64,000 nucleotides of DNA from an uncultured Chloroflexia bacterium (GCA_963700245.1 CAVOWV010000008.1:6180-70179); one strand, 5' to 3'. Counted from the first letter of the stretch, positions 31,165-41,911 are shown. The notes: generated from the sequence alone by a model not told the origin. A program made the numbers and translations.

Positions 31165-32460
31165 ATGGGCGCGAACCGTGCAATCATGCGTCTCCTCGCC
31201 GGTCTGACGGTCACGTTCCTGTTGACCAGCTGCGGCCCTACCGCGACCCCGTCGCCATCAGCAGCCCCGACGGTGTCGGCGACCCCCTCGGTCGCGGCCG
31301 CCACGCTGCCTCTGACCCCGGCGCCGATTCCGGTGCCGACCCCGACGCCGACCTCGACTCCCAGCCCGGCTGCGACGGCTTCCGCGAGCCCGAGCCCGGT
31401 GCCGTCGCCGCTCGCGGCAGCTCGATGGAGCCGGGTGCCCAACCAGGAGACGTTCGCGGATGCGGGCATGGCGGCTGTCGCGGCCAGCCCGGACCGCTAC
31501 GTCGCGGTCGGCTGGACGGGGGACTGGGGCGCCAACGGTGTTGCCTGGACCTCGGCGGACGGACGGTCCTGGCAGCGCATGCCCATCCCCTCGGCCGAGC
31601 ACGCGGCGCCCCGCGGGATCATCCACGACCGGCTCGGCTTCGTCGCCTGGGGCTTCGACACGGGCGCATCGACCAGTCGGGCGGCGATCTGGATGTCACC
31701 CGACGGTGTGACCTGGCAGCGGGCGTCCGACATCCCGAGCTTCGCGTTCGCCGACATCACCGGGATCGCCCGCCTGGGCGAGCAGCTGGTCGCGGTGGGC
31801 ATGGGCAGCAACAACAGCGAGGGTCCTTCCTTCCTCGCCTGGACCTCCGATGATGGCCAGGTATGGCGACCCGTGAGCGGGACCGAGGGGTTCTCCGCCA
31901 CTCCCAATGCGCTGGCTGCGACGGACACGGCGCTCGTGGCGCCGGCTGGCGACGGGACCGTGCTCCGCTCTGCCGACGGCCTGCAGTGGGAGGTCGTGAC
32001 CAGTCCGGCGCTTCCAGGGTTCATGGAATTCATCGTCGGATCCGGCGGTGGCTTCGTCGGGGTTGGATCGGGTCCGTCGACCGGCGGGGCCGGGTCGCTT
32101 CCACCGGCGACGGCCTGGACCTCGACCGACGGGCGATCCTGGCTCCAGTCGGCCCTCAAGCCGTCGGCGCTCGGCTGGATGGGCCCGGTCGCCGCTCACG
32201 GGTCCGAGTACGTCACCCTCGGCGGGGGCTTTGGACCGACGTTCGCCTATCGGTCGACCGACGGGCTGACCTGGGTGGAGATGTCCTCGGCCCCGGACAC
32301 GACCCGCGAAGGCCGGGTCGCCGGTGCCTGCACGGGCGGACCCTGTAGCTATCGGACGACGGCCTCGGGCCTCGCCGATGGGCCGCTCGGTCCGATCGCC
32401 GTCGGTCGAACGGAGCTCAAGTCGGGCGGATACCGGGCCGTCGTCTGGATCTTGCGGTAG
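31165..32460 (+). CDS. Putative lipoprotein with Pro/Ser/Thr linker and Asp-box-like (WxSxDGxxW) propeller repeats
   Basis: Lipobox LTSC; repeats WTSADGRSW, WMSPDGVTW, WTSDDGQVW, WTSTDGRSW. Confidence 0.7.
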   Translation: MGANRAIMRLLAGLTVTFLLTSCGPTATPSPSAAPTVSATPSVAAATLPLTPAPIPVPTPTPTSTPSPAATASASPSPVPSPLAAARWSRVPNQETFADAGMAAVAASPDRYVAVGWTGDWGANGVAWTSADGRSWQRMPIPSAEHAAPRGIIHDRLGFVAWGFDTGASTSRAAIWMSPDGVTWQRASDIPSFAFADITGIARLGEQLVAVGMGSNNSEGPSFLAWTSDDGQVWRPVSGTEGFSATPNALAATDTALVAPAGDGTVLRSADGLQWEVVTSPALPGFMEFIVGSGGGFVGVGSGPSTGGAGSLPPATAWTSTDGRSWLQSALKPSALGWMGPVAAHGSEYVTLGGGFGPTFAYRSTDGLTWVEMSSAPDTTREGRVAGACTGGPCSYRTTASGLADGPLGPIAVGRTELKSGGYRAVVWILR

Positions 32461-32541
32461 CCGGGCGCGGACCGCCCGATTGCCGGCACCCCGGGCAATC
32501 CACCGTGCCCGCGGACCCGGGAAACAGCGACCACCGCCTGG

Positions 32542-33024
32542 TCAGCCCAGGATCTCGGCCGCCAGGCGATGGTCCGCGCGCTTCACGACCGCGTCGGCGG
32601 ACTCGCCCTGCTTGGGGCTGGCCCAGCCGAAGATGAACCGCAGTCCGTGCGTGCCCTTGGGCATGGCGCGCGGGCCGGTCTCACGGACGCGCTCCACGAA
32701 GTTGATCGCCTCGATCTCGTCCGTCTCGGTCAGCACCACGCCGAAGCGGCTCATCCCGATGCGGGTGCAGTAGTCGCTGGTGCGGGATGCTCGCCGGATG
32801 CACTGGCCGGCCTCGCGCAGGGCGTGACGGGCGACCTCGACGCCCCAGGCTTCGGCCACCGCGGGGATCCCGTCCAGCTCGACGATCACGACGGTGAGCG
32901 ACCGCCGGTAGCGGGCGGCCCGGGACACCTCGGCGACCAGCGTGCGGCGCCAGAAGTCGGGGCCCTCGAGGCCCGTCATCGGATCATCCCAGCCGGCGGG
33001 CTCGGGAATGGGGTTCGCGTCCAC
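32542..33024 (-). CDS. Stand-alone degenerate GGDEF-domain protein
   Basis: DPMTGL...RIGMSRFGVVL...VKRADHRL; signature motif replaced; start uncertain. Confidence 0.75.
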   Translation of the reverse strand: MDANPIPEPAGWDDPMTGLEGPDFWRRTLVAEVSRAARYRRSLTVVIVELDGIPAVAEAWGVEVARHALREAGQCIRRASRTSDYCTRIGMSRFGVVLTETDEIEAINFVERVRETGPRAMPKGTHGLRFIFGWASPKQGESADAVVKRADHRLAAEILG

Positions 33025-33263
33025 GCGAAGGGACTCCCTCTGTGTCAGTGCGCCGCCCCTCGCCCCGGGAGCGGCGCGCGGGTGCTCGATATGCATGGAT
33101 CGTCGCCGGTGGTGCCAGGACGCGCCATCGGACGGTTGTCTGCCAGGGCGCGCCGAAGGTCCTGCCGGCCATCGCGCGGCACGGCCCGGAGCGTGGTGTG
33201 CGTCGGCTTCGACGCTGCGGAGGTGGCGCCCACCGGAGGCTGGGGGCCACATCCGGCGGGCAT

Positions 33264-34178
33264 CTACCCGAACAGCAGGTCCACGGAGAGGTACCGCTCA
33301 CCGGTGTCGTAGGTGAAGGCGAGGATCCGCGAGCCGTCCGGCACCTGGGGCAGCAGCTGCGCCACCGCCGCGAGCGACGCGCCGGACGACACGCCGATCA
33401 GCAGCCCCTCCTCGCGCGCCGCGCGCCGGGCGTAGGCGAACGCGTCGGCGGGCTCCACCTGGAGGATCCCGTCGAGCAGCTCCGGCCGCATGATCCCCGG
33501 GATGAACCCGGCGCCGATGCCCTGGATCGGGTGCGGCGAGTGCGTTCCACCGGACAGCACCGGCGACAGCGTCGGCTCCACGGCGAACACCTTCAGGTTC
33601 GGCCAGCGCGGCTTGAGGACCTCCGCGACGCCGGTGATGTGGCCGCCGGTGCCGACGCCCGTGACGATGTAGTCCAGGCCGTCGGGGAAGTCGCGCGCGA
33701 TCTCCTCGGCCGTTGTGCGCCGGTGGACGTCCACGTTGGCCGGGTTGTCGAACTGCATCGGGATCCAGGCGCCCGGCGTCTGCTCCGCGATCTCCCTGGC
33801 TCGGGCGATGGCGCCCTTCATGCCCAGCTCGCGCGGCGTGAGGTCGAGCTCCGCGCCGTAGAGCTGCATGAGCTTGCGGCGCTCGATCGACATCGACTCC
33901 GGCATGACCAGGATGATCCGGTAGCCCTTGACCGCCGCGACGAGCGCGAGCCCGATCCCGGTGTTGCCCGACGTGGGCTCGATGATCACGGAGTCCGGCC
34001 CCAGGACGCCGCGCGCCTCGGCGTCCTCGATCATCGCGAGGCCGATGCGGTCCTTGATGCTGCCGCCCGGGTTCTGGCGCTCGATCTTGGCCCACACCGA
34101 GACGCGCGGGTCGTACAGCCGGTTGAGCCGGACGTGGGGCGTGTTGCCGATGGTGTCGAGGACGTTGTCGTAGATCAC
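33264..34178 (-). CDS. cysK: Cysteine synthase A
   Basis: [39 protein letters not shown]. Confidence 0.95.
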   Translation of the reverse strand: MIYDNVLDTIGNTPHVRLNRLYDPRVSVWAKIERQNPGGSIKDRIGLAMIEDAEARGVLGPDSVIIEPTSGNTGIGLALVAAVKGYRIILVMPESMSIERRKLMQLYGAELDLTPRELGMKGAIARAREIAEQTPGAWIPMQFDNPANVDVHRRTTAEEIARDFPDGLDYIVTGVGTGGHITGVAEVLKPRWPNLKVFAVEPTLSPVLSGGTHSPHPIQGIGAGFIPGIMRPELLDGILQVEPADAFAYARRAAREEGLLIGVSSGASLAAVAQLLPQVPDGSRILAFTYDTGERYLSVDLLFG

Positions 34179-34192
34179 GGGGACGCTTCCTT

Positions 34193-35081
34193 TCAGATCA
34201 CGTAGTCGGTGGGATCGGCGACCTCGGCCACGGTCCGCACCCGGACCTGGCTCTGGTGGTAGACGAGCGAGTTGGGGGGCACCGAGTGGGTGAGCCACAC
34301 GTTGCCGCCGATGACGGAGTCGGAGCCGACGACGGTGTCGCCGCCCAGCACCGTGGCGTTCGCGTAGCAGACCACCCGGTCCTCGATGGTGGGATGGCGC
34401 TTCGTTCCCGACGCCGACTTGCTCACCGAGAGGGCGCCCAGGGTGACGCCCTGGTAGAGCTTGACGTCGTCGCCGATCACGGCCGTCTCGCCGATGACGA
34501 GACCGGTCCCGTGGTCGATACAGCAGCTTCGGCCGATGCGGGCCGCCGGATGGATGTCGGCGCCGGTCCGGCCGTGGGCGATCTCCGAGATCATCCGCGG
34601 GACCAGGGGCACGCCGAGACCGTGAAGCGAGTGGGCGATGCGGTAGAACGCCAGCGCCAGGAACCCGGGATAGGCGAGGACGACCTCGGCGGTGCCGTGC
34701 GCGGCCGGGTCCCCGGCCTCGATGGCCTCCGCGTCCAGCGTCAGCTGCTCGTGGATGGCGGGCAGGCTCACGTGGAACGCGTGGGCGATCTCCTCCGGCG
34801 AGGCGGTGAGCTTGTCCTTCAGCGGCGCCAGGACGGGCACGAGCAGTCCGGCAGCGGGTCTCGAGCTCGGCCTGGATGCCGGCGGCGGTTCGCGGAGCAT
34901 CACGGCCGTCCGGAAACAGCAGCGAGACCACGCCGTCCGCGAACGCCGCGACGAGGTCGCGGTCAGGAAGCCGGCCGAACATGGCCGCCTCGTCCTCGGC
35001 GATGTGCTCGGCGAGGGTGGCCAGGTCGGCGGGGTGGGGATCGGGATCCGTCTCCGGACGGGGGGAACGACGGGAGGACAT
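34193..35081 (-). CDS. cysE: Serine O-acetyltransferase; frameshift near 34855
   Basis: [50 protein letters not shown]. Confidence 0.92.
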
Positions 35082-35243
35082 GAGCAGCACCGGGAGTAGT
35101 GGGAATGGGCAGGTGGGCATCCGCGACGAGCGGCGGTCGGCGTGCGGCACGGCGGGGGCGCGCGACGTGGTTGCGGACGAGGTCGGCGGGACCGGACGTC
35201 GCTCAGGCGCGGACGGCGCGCGGCGTGCGCGGGAATGGCGGCG

Positions 35244-35288
35244 TTATCGCCGCCGGGGACACGCGCAGGAGAGCCGGATGGACGCCAT
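35244..35288 (-). CDS. Putative leaderless leader peptide [14 protein letters not shown] upstream of cysE-cysK
   Basis: ATG..TGC GCG TGT..TAA; ATG lies 7 nt after a TTGACG-N17-CATGGT promoter-like motif. Confidence 0.6.
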   Translation of the reverse strand: MASIRLSCACPRRR

Positions 35289-35295
35289 GGACGCA

Positions 35296-35324
35296 ACCAT
35301 GCCGGTGATCGTCCGGCGCGTCAA
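35296..35324 (-). promoter_or_regulatory. Sigma70-like promoter for the cys leader
   Basis: TTGACG (35324-35319), 17-nt spacer, CATGGT (35301-35296). Confidence 0.5.
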
Positions 35325-35328
35325 CCGA

Positions 35329-35801
35329 TCAGGTCCCGACCGAGAGGAAGCCCGACGCCAGGACCCGGCCCTCCGGGTTGACGAACGACACGATCCAGGT
35401 GCCGGGGGTCAGGTTGTCGGCCGGAGAGATCGGTCGCGAAGAAGGAGGCGCTGCCGGGGTTGTCCATCGCCATCCGGCGCCCGCAGCGGCTTCGGCTTGC
35501 CGCCCGCCTCGATCTGGACCTGGACGCCCGTTCCGTCCACCGGGGCGAGGGCCTTGCCGACGGCCACGATCGGGGTCTGGCCCTGGGTGATCCTGCCCGT
35601 CTTGTCGGCGACGGCGAAGGTCGACGGGTCGTACGCCGAGCCGAAGAAGACGGTGCTGCCCGGCGGGATGTCGCCGTCCGCAACCGGCGCCGCGCCCGCA
35701 GCGCTCGCCGCCGCGCCGCCGCCCCCGGAGCCACCCCCACCACCACATGCGGCCGTCACCAGGGCAAGGGTGGCGAGCAGGATCGCAAGAACGCGGGGCA
35801 T
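35329..35801 (-). CDS. Hypothetical lipoprotein; frameshift(s) around 35420-35480
   Basis: MPRVLAILLATLALVTAAC lipobox; C-term LTPGTWIVSFVNPEGRVLASG in another frame. Confidence 0.6.
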
Positions 35802-35957
35802 CGATTTCCTCCAGTCGACCACGGGCACCCTCTGCGGGCCGGCGCCGGCTCGGCCCACCCCCTCCGCGGCGTTGCGCGGAGAGTCACCGATCGGCGCGTG
35901 CGCGTCAAGGAAGAAACGCGCGGAAGAGCCGCGCGGCTCCTCGGCCCTTGCCGCCGC

Positions 35958-36329
35958 TCAGGCCAGGACGACCACGATCGCGAGCCATGGCTCGTCACCG
36001 ACGACGCGGGTCCGGTGGCCCACCCCGGACGTGTCCTCGAGGAGCACGGCTGCGCCGGGTCCGAACCTGCGAACCTCGCCATCGGTCGTCGTGGCCTCCA
36101 CGCTGCCCTGGATCATCACGACCCACTGGCGGGCCGGCGCCGGGTGGGGAGGGGAGTCCCAGCCCGCTGGTGCGCCGATGAAGCGCACGGACCGTGACCC
36201 GGCCTCGGGTCCCAGGCCAAGCGGCGGGGCCGGCGGGGCGAAGTCGCCGTCCTCGAGGCCGACGGCATCGTCGACGAACCGGGAGCCCCCGTCGGGTGTC
36301 GCGGCGATCCGCGTGAACGGCGCATGCAT
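35958..36329 (-). CDS. Cupin-domain protein
   Basis: HPAPARQW...LLEDTSGVGH. Confidence 0.75.
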   Translation of the reverse strand: MHAPFTRIAATPDGGSRFVDDAVGLEDGDFAPPAPPLGLGPEAGSRSVRFIGAPAGWDSPPHPAPARQWVVMIQGSVEATTTDGEVRRFGPGAAVLLEDTSGVGHRTRVVGDEPWLAIVVVLA

Positions 36330-36437
36330 GGCTCCATTGTCGGGCAGCCCGACGGCCCGGGGCCGCAGCGATGCACAATGCCCGGGCGGGTGGCGGGCGG
36401 ACCGGTCCCGGCACGCAGCCGTCACCGGGGAGGATCG

Positions 36438-37527
36438 ATGACGTCCGACGACACCGCCGCTCGGGAGCTGGCGGACCGGATCGACGCAGCGACGCTCGGG
36501 CTGTTCGACATCGCCACGATCTACATCGGGGACCGGCTCGGCTTCTACGGCGTCCTCGGATCGACGAGCTCGGCGACCCCGGGCGAGCTTGCCACCGCGA
36601 CCGGGACTCGCGAGCGGTTCACTCGTGAGTGGTGCGAGCAGCAGGCCGCGGTCGGGATCCTCGTCTGCGACGACCCCTCCGCCGAACCTGACGCCCGGCG
36701 GTTCCACCTGCCGGCGGGGCACCGCGCCGTCCTCGCGGATCGCGACGACCCGGCGTTCGCCGCGGGTGGCATGCCCGGGCTGGTCGCCGCCCTTGCCACG
36801 CTGCGCGACCTGCCCGACCTCGTGCGCGTGGATCCCCGGCCACCGCCGATGGATGCCGCGGAGGCAGCGGCACGGGACGGGCTGCGGGAGTCGAACCGGC
36901 CGCTGTTCCGGCACCGCATGGCGGGCTGGCTGGCGTCGCTGCCCGACATCCACGCCCGCCTCGTGGCAGTCGCCGCCCGCCCGCGTCCTGGACGTGGCCT
37001 GCGGTGCGGGGTGGTCCAGCCTCGCGATCGCCGCGGCGTATCCGGACTGTCCGGGATCGACGCGATCGACCTCGATGAGGCCGTGATCGCGCTCGCGCGC
37101 CGCCACGGAGCCGAGGCCGGCCTGGGCGACCGCGTCAGCTTCCGGGTGGCGGACGCAGCCGACCCCGGGCTCGAGGGGCCCTACGACCTGGTCACGTGCT
37201 TCGAGGCGCTCCACGACATGGTGGACCCGGTCGGCTCGCTCGCCGCGTGGCGGAGTCTCCTCGGCCCCGGACGGTGCCTGCCTGGTCGTCGACGTCCGTG
37301 CGGGCTCCGTCTTCACGGCGCCCGCAGGCCGCCTGGAGCGTCTCGCGTACGGCTGGAGCGTCGTCGACTGCCTGCCGGCCACCATGGGATCGCCGGGATC
37401 GGCCGAGACGGGTGCGGTGATGCGGCCCGCGACGCTGGAGCGGTACGCCGTCGCCGCCGGGTTCACCGCGGTCGAGATCCTCCCGATCGAGGATCCGGGC
37501 TGGCGCTTCTACCGGCTGCTGCGCTGA
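36438..37527 (+). CDS. SAM-dependent methyltransferase with N-terminal wHTH (Rv2258c-like); several frameshifts
   Basis: IGDRLGFY...ERFTREWCEQQAAVG; VLDVACGAGWS; YDLVTCFEALHDM; GAVMRP. Confidence 0.82.
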
Positions 37528-37565
37528 GCGGGCTGCCGCGCTGGCGGGCCGCGGCGCAGCGAGAG

Positions 37566-39461
37566 TCAGGCATCGACCATCCGCGTCGCGGTGCGATGCG
37601 CCAGGGCCATGAGCGAGAGCATCGGGTTCACGCCACTCGCGCTGGGCATCGCGCTGGAGTCGGTCACCCACAGTCCGCGCACCCCGTGGACCTGGCCGTC
37701 CGGGTCCGCCACGCTCGTCCGGGGAGAGCGGCCGATCCGGCACGAGCTCATCTGGTGCGCCGTGAACAGCAGGACGCGGTTGGAGGCGATCGGGCGTGCC
37801 TTGAGCGCGTCGAGCCAGGGCTCGAAGGGCCGGCCCTGCCGCCACTCGAGCGGCGGGGTCACGAGTGGCACGATCCGCTCCGCACCGGCCGCGCGATGGA
37901 GCCGCGCCAGCTCGAGGGCCGCCAGCCGGAGCAGCTCCCGGTCCTGCGGCCCGGGCGCGTAGCGGACGGTCACGGTCCCGTCGCGTCCGGCGTCCACGCG
38001 TCCGGTGCCGCGGTCGCGCACGATCGCCAGGAAGGACGCGATCCGGCCCGCGAGCACCATGGCCTCGCGGTGCCCGGCGCTGTCCCACCACGGGAAGCCG
38101 CTCGCGATGAGCCCGGGGTGCGTCGGGGCGGCCTCGATGCGGAAGCCCCACGCGCCCGCGACCCCCGCGTAGGCGTCGGACATCACGCTCTGCGGGACGC
38201 CCGACCAGGGCGCCATCGGCTCCCCGTAGATGCCGGAGACCGCGACGACCGGGTGGATGTGCAGGGTCTGTCCGGCGACGCCCTGGGCGATCCCGGACCG
38301 CTGCAGGACGGCCGGCGAGAGGATCGAACCCCCCGCGAGGGCCACCATCGGGGCGCGGACCGTGATCTCGCCGCCGGGAACGCGCGCGACGACGCCGGTT
38401 GCCCGCCCGTTCTCGACCAGGATGCGCTGGGCCTCCGTCCGATCCAGGACCTCGGCCCCGTGCTCGCAGGCCGCCGCGAGCGATCGCCGGAGCACGGACT
38501 GCTTCGCGCCGCTCCGGCAGCCGACGGCACACGGCCCGCAGTCGCCGCAGCCGCGGACGTTGCGGGGGATGACCTGCCACGGGAGGCCCATCGCGTCCAG
38601 GCCCGCGGCGAGCCGCTCGTTGGGGCCGTTGCGCGGACTCTCGTCGGACGTGACTCCGATGTCGGCCTCGATCGCCGCGTAGTGGTCGTCCAGGTCGTCG
38701 CCGATGCCCGCCGCTCGCCACTCGTCGCGCACCTCGTCGGGAGCTCGCAGCGACGATGCCCAGTTGATGACGGAACCGCCGCCGACCGCGCTCCCGGCAC
38801 GGATCGAGATCCACCGATCGCTCGTCGCCGCGAGACCGCGGTCCAGGAACAACGCGCCCAGGCCGTCGAGCTCCGGGCCGCCAAATCCCTCCTCGCCGAT
38901 CATCGCCGCCCGCTCGAGGACGAGCACCCGCCGGCCGGCGCCGGCAAGCATCGCGGCCGTGACGGAGCCACCCGGTCCCGACCCGATCACCACCACGTCG
39001 GCATCGAGCGTCTCGCCCGGGCGTGGTGTCCGGACGCGGATACGGCTGGGGCTGGGCGGGTCGGGGACCTGCGGCACGAAGCCGGTCCGGGCGCGCCACG
39101 GCGAGTCCTCGATGCCATAGCCAAGCAGCAGCGTCAGGCGCTTGAGGTCCTGGAACGCCGTGCGCTTGAGGCCGATCGAGCTGCCGCCCAGCCGGCGCAT
39201 GAACGCCTCGCGGGCGGCCTGGTCCATGTCCGCGAGGCTTGTCGGCCGCCCGGGTCGGCCGCCGAGGGCCATCGTCCCGAGCGGGGTCGACATCGCCCGG
39301 ACCAGCAGGTCCAGCTGGCGCCGGATCGCCGGCTTGCCCAGCGCGTCCACCTCGGCCAGCAGACGGCGGTGCACCCCGAGCTCGCTCGCGGACGGCAGGC
39401 CCTCCGCGGCGGGCAGGAACGTGTCCACGATGGCGGCCAGGGTCCGTTCGGACGAGGTCAT
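37566..39461 (-). CDS. GMC oxidoreductase (long-chain alcohol oxidase-like)
   Basis: VVIGSGPGG, GSAVGGGSVIN, CGDCGPCAVGC, TAHQMSSCRIG, GVNPM. Confidence 0.88.
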   Translation of the reverse strand: MTSSERTLAAIVDTFLPAAEGLPSASELGVHRRLLAEVDALGKPAIRRQLDLLVRAMSTPLGTMALGGRPGRPTSLADMDQAAREAFMRRLGGSSIGLKRTAFQDLKRLTLLLGYGIEDSPWRARTGFVPQVPDPPSPSRIRVRTPRPGETLDADVVVIGSGPGGSVTAAMLAGAGRRVLVLERAAMIGEEGFGGPELDGLGALFLDRGLAATSDRWISIRAGSAVGGGSVINWASSLRAPDEVRDEWRAAGIGDDLDDHYAAIEADIGVTSDESPRNGPNERLAAGLDAMGLPWQVIPRNVRGCGDCGPCAVGCRSGAKQSVLRRSLAAACEHGAEVLDRTEAQRILVENGRATGVVARVPGGEITVRAPMVALAGGSILSPAVLQRSGIAQGVAGQTLHIHPVVAVSGIYGEPMAPWSGVPQSVMSDAYAGVAGAWGFRIEAAPTHPGLIASGFPWWDSAGHREAMVLAGRIASFLAIVRDRGTGRVDAGRDGTVTVRYAPGPQDRELLRLAALELARLHRAAGAERIVPLVTPPLEWRQGRPFEPWLDALKARPIASNRVLLFTAHQMSSCRIGRSPRTSVADPDGQVHGVRGLWVTDSSAMPSASGVNPMLSLMALAHRTATRMVDA

Positions 39462-39722
39462 GGTCGGGAGCCTAACCCGGGCAGGGATCCTGTCGTCGCA
39501 CGTTCCGGTGCCCGGCCGACCGGGAACATCCCGGCCGCCCGGCCGACCTGGTACGTTCCGGCGCCCGGCCGCCGCGCCGACGGGCGCGGTGCCCGCAGGC
39601 GAGGCACGGACCTCGTATGCTCCCGGCATATGGGTGCTGCGCGTCGAGATCGGACACCGGCTTCCGCAACGGTTCCCGACGGGGAGCTCGCGGCGGATCC
39701 GCCCGTGCCGCCGGCGCCCGAC

Positions 39723-40151
39723 ATGCCACCGGGATCGGCGCTCGGGATCGCATCCGGCCGCGATGTCCACGGCGCGCCCACCCACCGCGGCTGGGCCCAG
39801 GTCGGCTCGCACCACCGCTGGATGGAACCCTTCGTCCTCGCCCTCCTGGCGAACGGGTCAGCGCACGGCTACGCGATCGTCGGTGAGCTCGCCCAGCTGG
39901 GGATCACCAACGGATCGGTGGACGTCGGCCAGGTCTACCGGACCCTGCGTGACCTCGAGCAGGCCGGACAGGTTCGTTCCACGTGGACGACGGGGACTGG
40001 CCCGGCGCGACGGGACTACGAGCTCACCGCGACGGGATGGGAGGCGCTCGACGAGTGGGCGGCGGTGATGAAGGAGCGCACGCGCCTCGTCGCCGAGTTC
40101 GACGCGCTCTACCTGCAGTGGGTCGCGTTCCCGCGGCCCTCGGCCGAGTAG
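39723..40151 (+). CDS. PadR-family transcriptional regulator
   Basis: HGYAIV...GQVYRTLRDLE...GPARRDYELT; start uncertain (39723 or 39822). Confidence 0.88.
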   Translation: MPPGSALGIASGRDVHGAPTHRGWAQVGSHHRWMEPFVLALLANGSAHGYAIVGELAQLGITNGSVDVGQVYRTLRDLEQAGQVRSTWTTGTGPARRDYELTATGWEALDEWAAVMKERTRLVAEFDALYLQWVAFPRPSAE

Positions 40152-40169
40152 GGCGGGGACGCGTCGCCG

Positions 40170-41118
40170 ATGGCGGGCCGCGGCTCGAACGACGGGCAGG
40201 ACTGGGAGGAGTTCGAGGGGCGGCTCGCCGCCGCCCTCGGACGGATGAAGCCGGACACGTTCCTCGTCCTCACGGTCTCCATGCCGCGTTCCGGAGGGCC
40301 CGGCACCCTACGTCCAGTATGCGCACAGCGGCCGCCGAGGGTTCCGGGCCGAGGCGTCCGGCAACCACTTCCTGGCCCCTTCCCATGCGCTGTCGCCCGA
40401 TGCCGAGGAGCGGCTGGGCGAGCTCGGCTGGCAGTGGCCGGAACCCGTGGGCGAGGACGACCGCAACTTCCACCGCGAGTGGCCCAACCCGGCCCCCTGG
40501 CTGGAGGTCGCGGCGCTGACCGTGCGCACCCTGCGCGATGTCTTCGGCGTTGCGACACCGGCGAGCCTCCGCTTCCTCCACCGCGGCTTCCCGGATTTCA
40601 CCGGACGCCTGCCGCGCCTCGACCTTGGCATCGCCCCCGATCGCTCATCGCGGGGCAATCCGGAAGCCACTCCGCCCGGACCGGTGCCTGCCCTGACCGG
40701 TCTCAACCGGAGGCTGGAGGACGCGCTCAAGCAGTTCCTCGGCCTCGATGACCTGATCCGGGATGCGGACGGCGACATCCCCGTGCGCGTCGGCAGCGCC
40801 CTCATGTTCGTCCGAGCGGTACCGGGAACGCCGCCGCTCGTCCAGCTGTTCGCGCATGTCCTCGACGACGCGGACCTGACGCTGCCGCTCCTCGAGGCGG
40901 TCAACGACATCAACCGCCGGATCCTGTTCGGCCGGGTCTTCTGGGCGCACCGCGTGGTGATCGTGGCGATGGAGATCACGGGTGTGGGTCTGACGCCCGA
41001 GCAGGTCTCGTTCGCGTGCGTCCAGCTGGGCAGCCTTGCCGATCACCTGGACAACGAGCTGGCCGCCCGATTTGGGCGGTCGGACGGGGACATGTCGAAG
41101 CGCCCACTGGTGAACTAG
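40170..41118 (+). CDS. Protein with T3SS-chaperone/YbjN-like (TY-Chap-like) domains; frameshift near 40300
   Basis: YVQYA...RAEASGNHFL...LGWQWP...NFH...TLRDVFGV, then DADGDIPVRVGS...LLEAVNDINRRILFGRV. Confidence 0.55.
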
Positions 41119-41153
41119 AGCCGCACCCGCAAGCCGCGACGCAGTGCCTCGCG

Positions 41154-41311
41154 GTGACTCGGGCAGGGGTCATCCCGGAGCGCGGCACGAGGGGGTGGGG
41201 CGCGACTCCTGCAATTCCGTGCCCCAGGTCCCAGACATGCCCCCGGATCTGACCCCATGGCGCGTCAGCAGCCGGGTCTGACACGGCGGTGTGTCATGAG
41301 CTGCTGGTGAC
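41154..41311 (+). repeat. Gene-less copy of the TGAC-N10-GTCA module
   Basis: Boxes at 41155, 41250, 41279 (half box 41308); CGACTCCTGCA core at 41203. Confidence 0.7.
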
Positions 41312-41470
41312 GGGAGGCTGCGAACGGGCTCGGTCCCCGAGGTGACCCGGGCCTCCGCCTGCGGGCAGGCGGGTCACGGACCCGGCACTCCACCGCCATC
41401 CAGGAGCCGCCGATGCCGACGGCCCCGGGCCACCGGTCCCTCGATTGTGTGACCTCCGGCCCAAGGCGTA

Positions 41471-41489
41471 TATATGCTAAAAGCATATA
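41471..41489. promoter_or_regulatory. AT-rich palindrome TATATGCT-AAA-AGCATATA, probable ArsR operator
   Basis: Perfect 8-3-8 inverted repeat ~40 bp upstream of the arsR-like gene. Confidence 0.7.
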
Positions 41490-41527
41490 GATATGCATGA
41501 CAGGTACTCAAGCATGTCAGGAGTCCA

Positions 41528-41911
41528 GTGTTCGACCCCGCTGCCGAGATCGATCACATCCAGATCGGCCTCATCCGGGCACTCGCCGGCATCCACCGGC
41601 TGAGGATCGTCCACCTGCTGGGCCGCGGACCGATGGAGGTCCGTGAGCTGGCCCAGGAGCTGGCCATTCCCCAGGCGACGGTCTCCCAGAACCTGGCTGC
41701 CATGCGAGCCGTCGGCCTCGTGGACGCGACGCGCGACGGCCGCGCGGTCCGCTACCGCCTCGCCGATCCCGAGATCCTCGCCGCCTGCGACCTCATGCGC
41801 AGCGTGATCGTCCGGCGCCTCTCCGCGTTGGGCAGCCTCGCCGCCGCGGCGGACGACATGCGGCCCAGGACCCCAGCCGACCCCCTCCAGGCACAGGTGA
41901 CCCCTCGATGA
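41528..41911 (+). CDS. ArsR/SmtB-family transcriptional regulator
   Basis: RALAGIHRLRIV...QATVSQNLAAMR...RDGRAVRYRL. Confidence 0.9.
   Translation: MFDPAAEIDHIQIGLIRALAGIHRLRIVHLLGRGPMEVRELAQELAIPQATVSQNLAAMRAVGLVDATRDGRAVRYRLADPEILAACDLMRSVIVRRLSALGSLAAAADDMRPRTPADPLQAQVTPR

Noticed and set aside
36324-40151. 1275-aa ORF as a methyltransferase-PadR fusion
   Set aside because: Chance read-through joining a frameshifted methyltransferase, the antisense of the GMC oxidoreductase and padR
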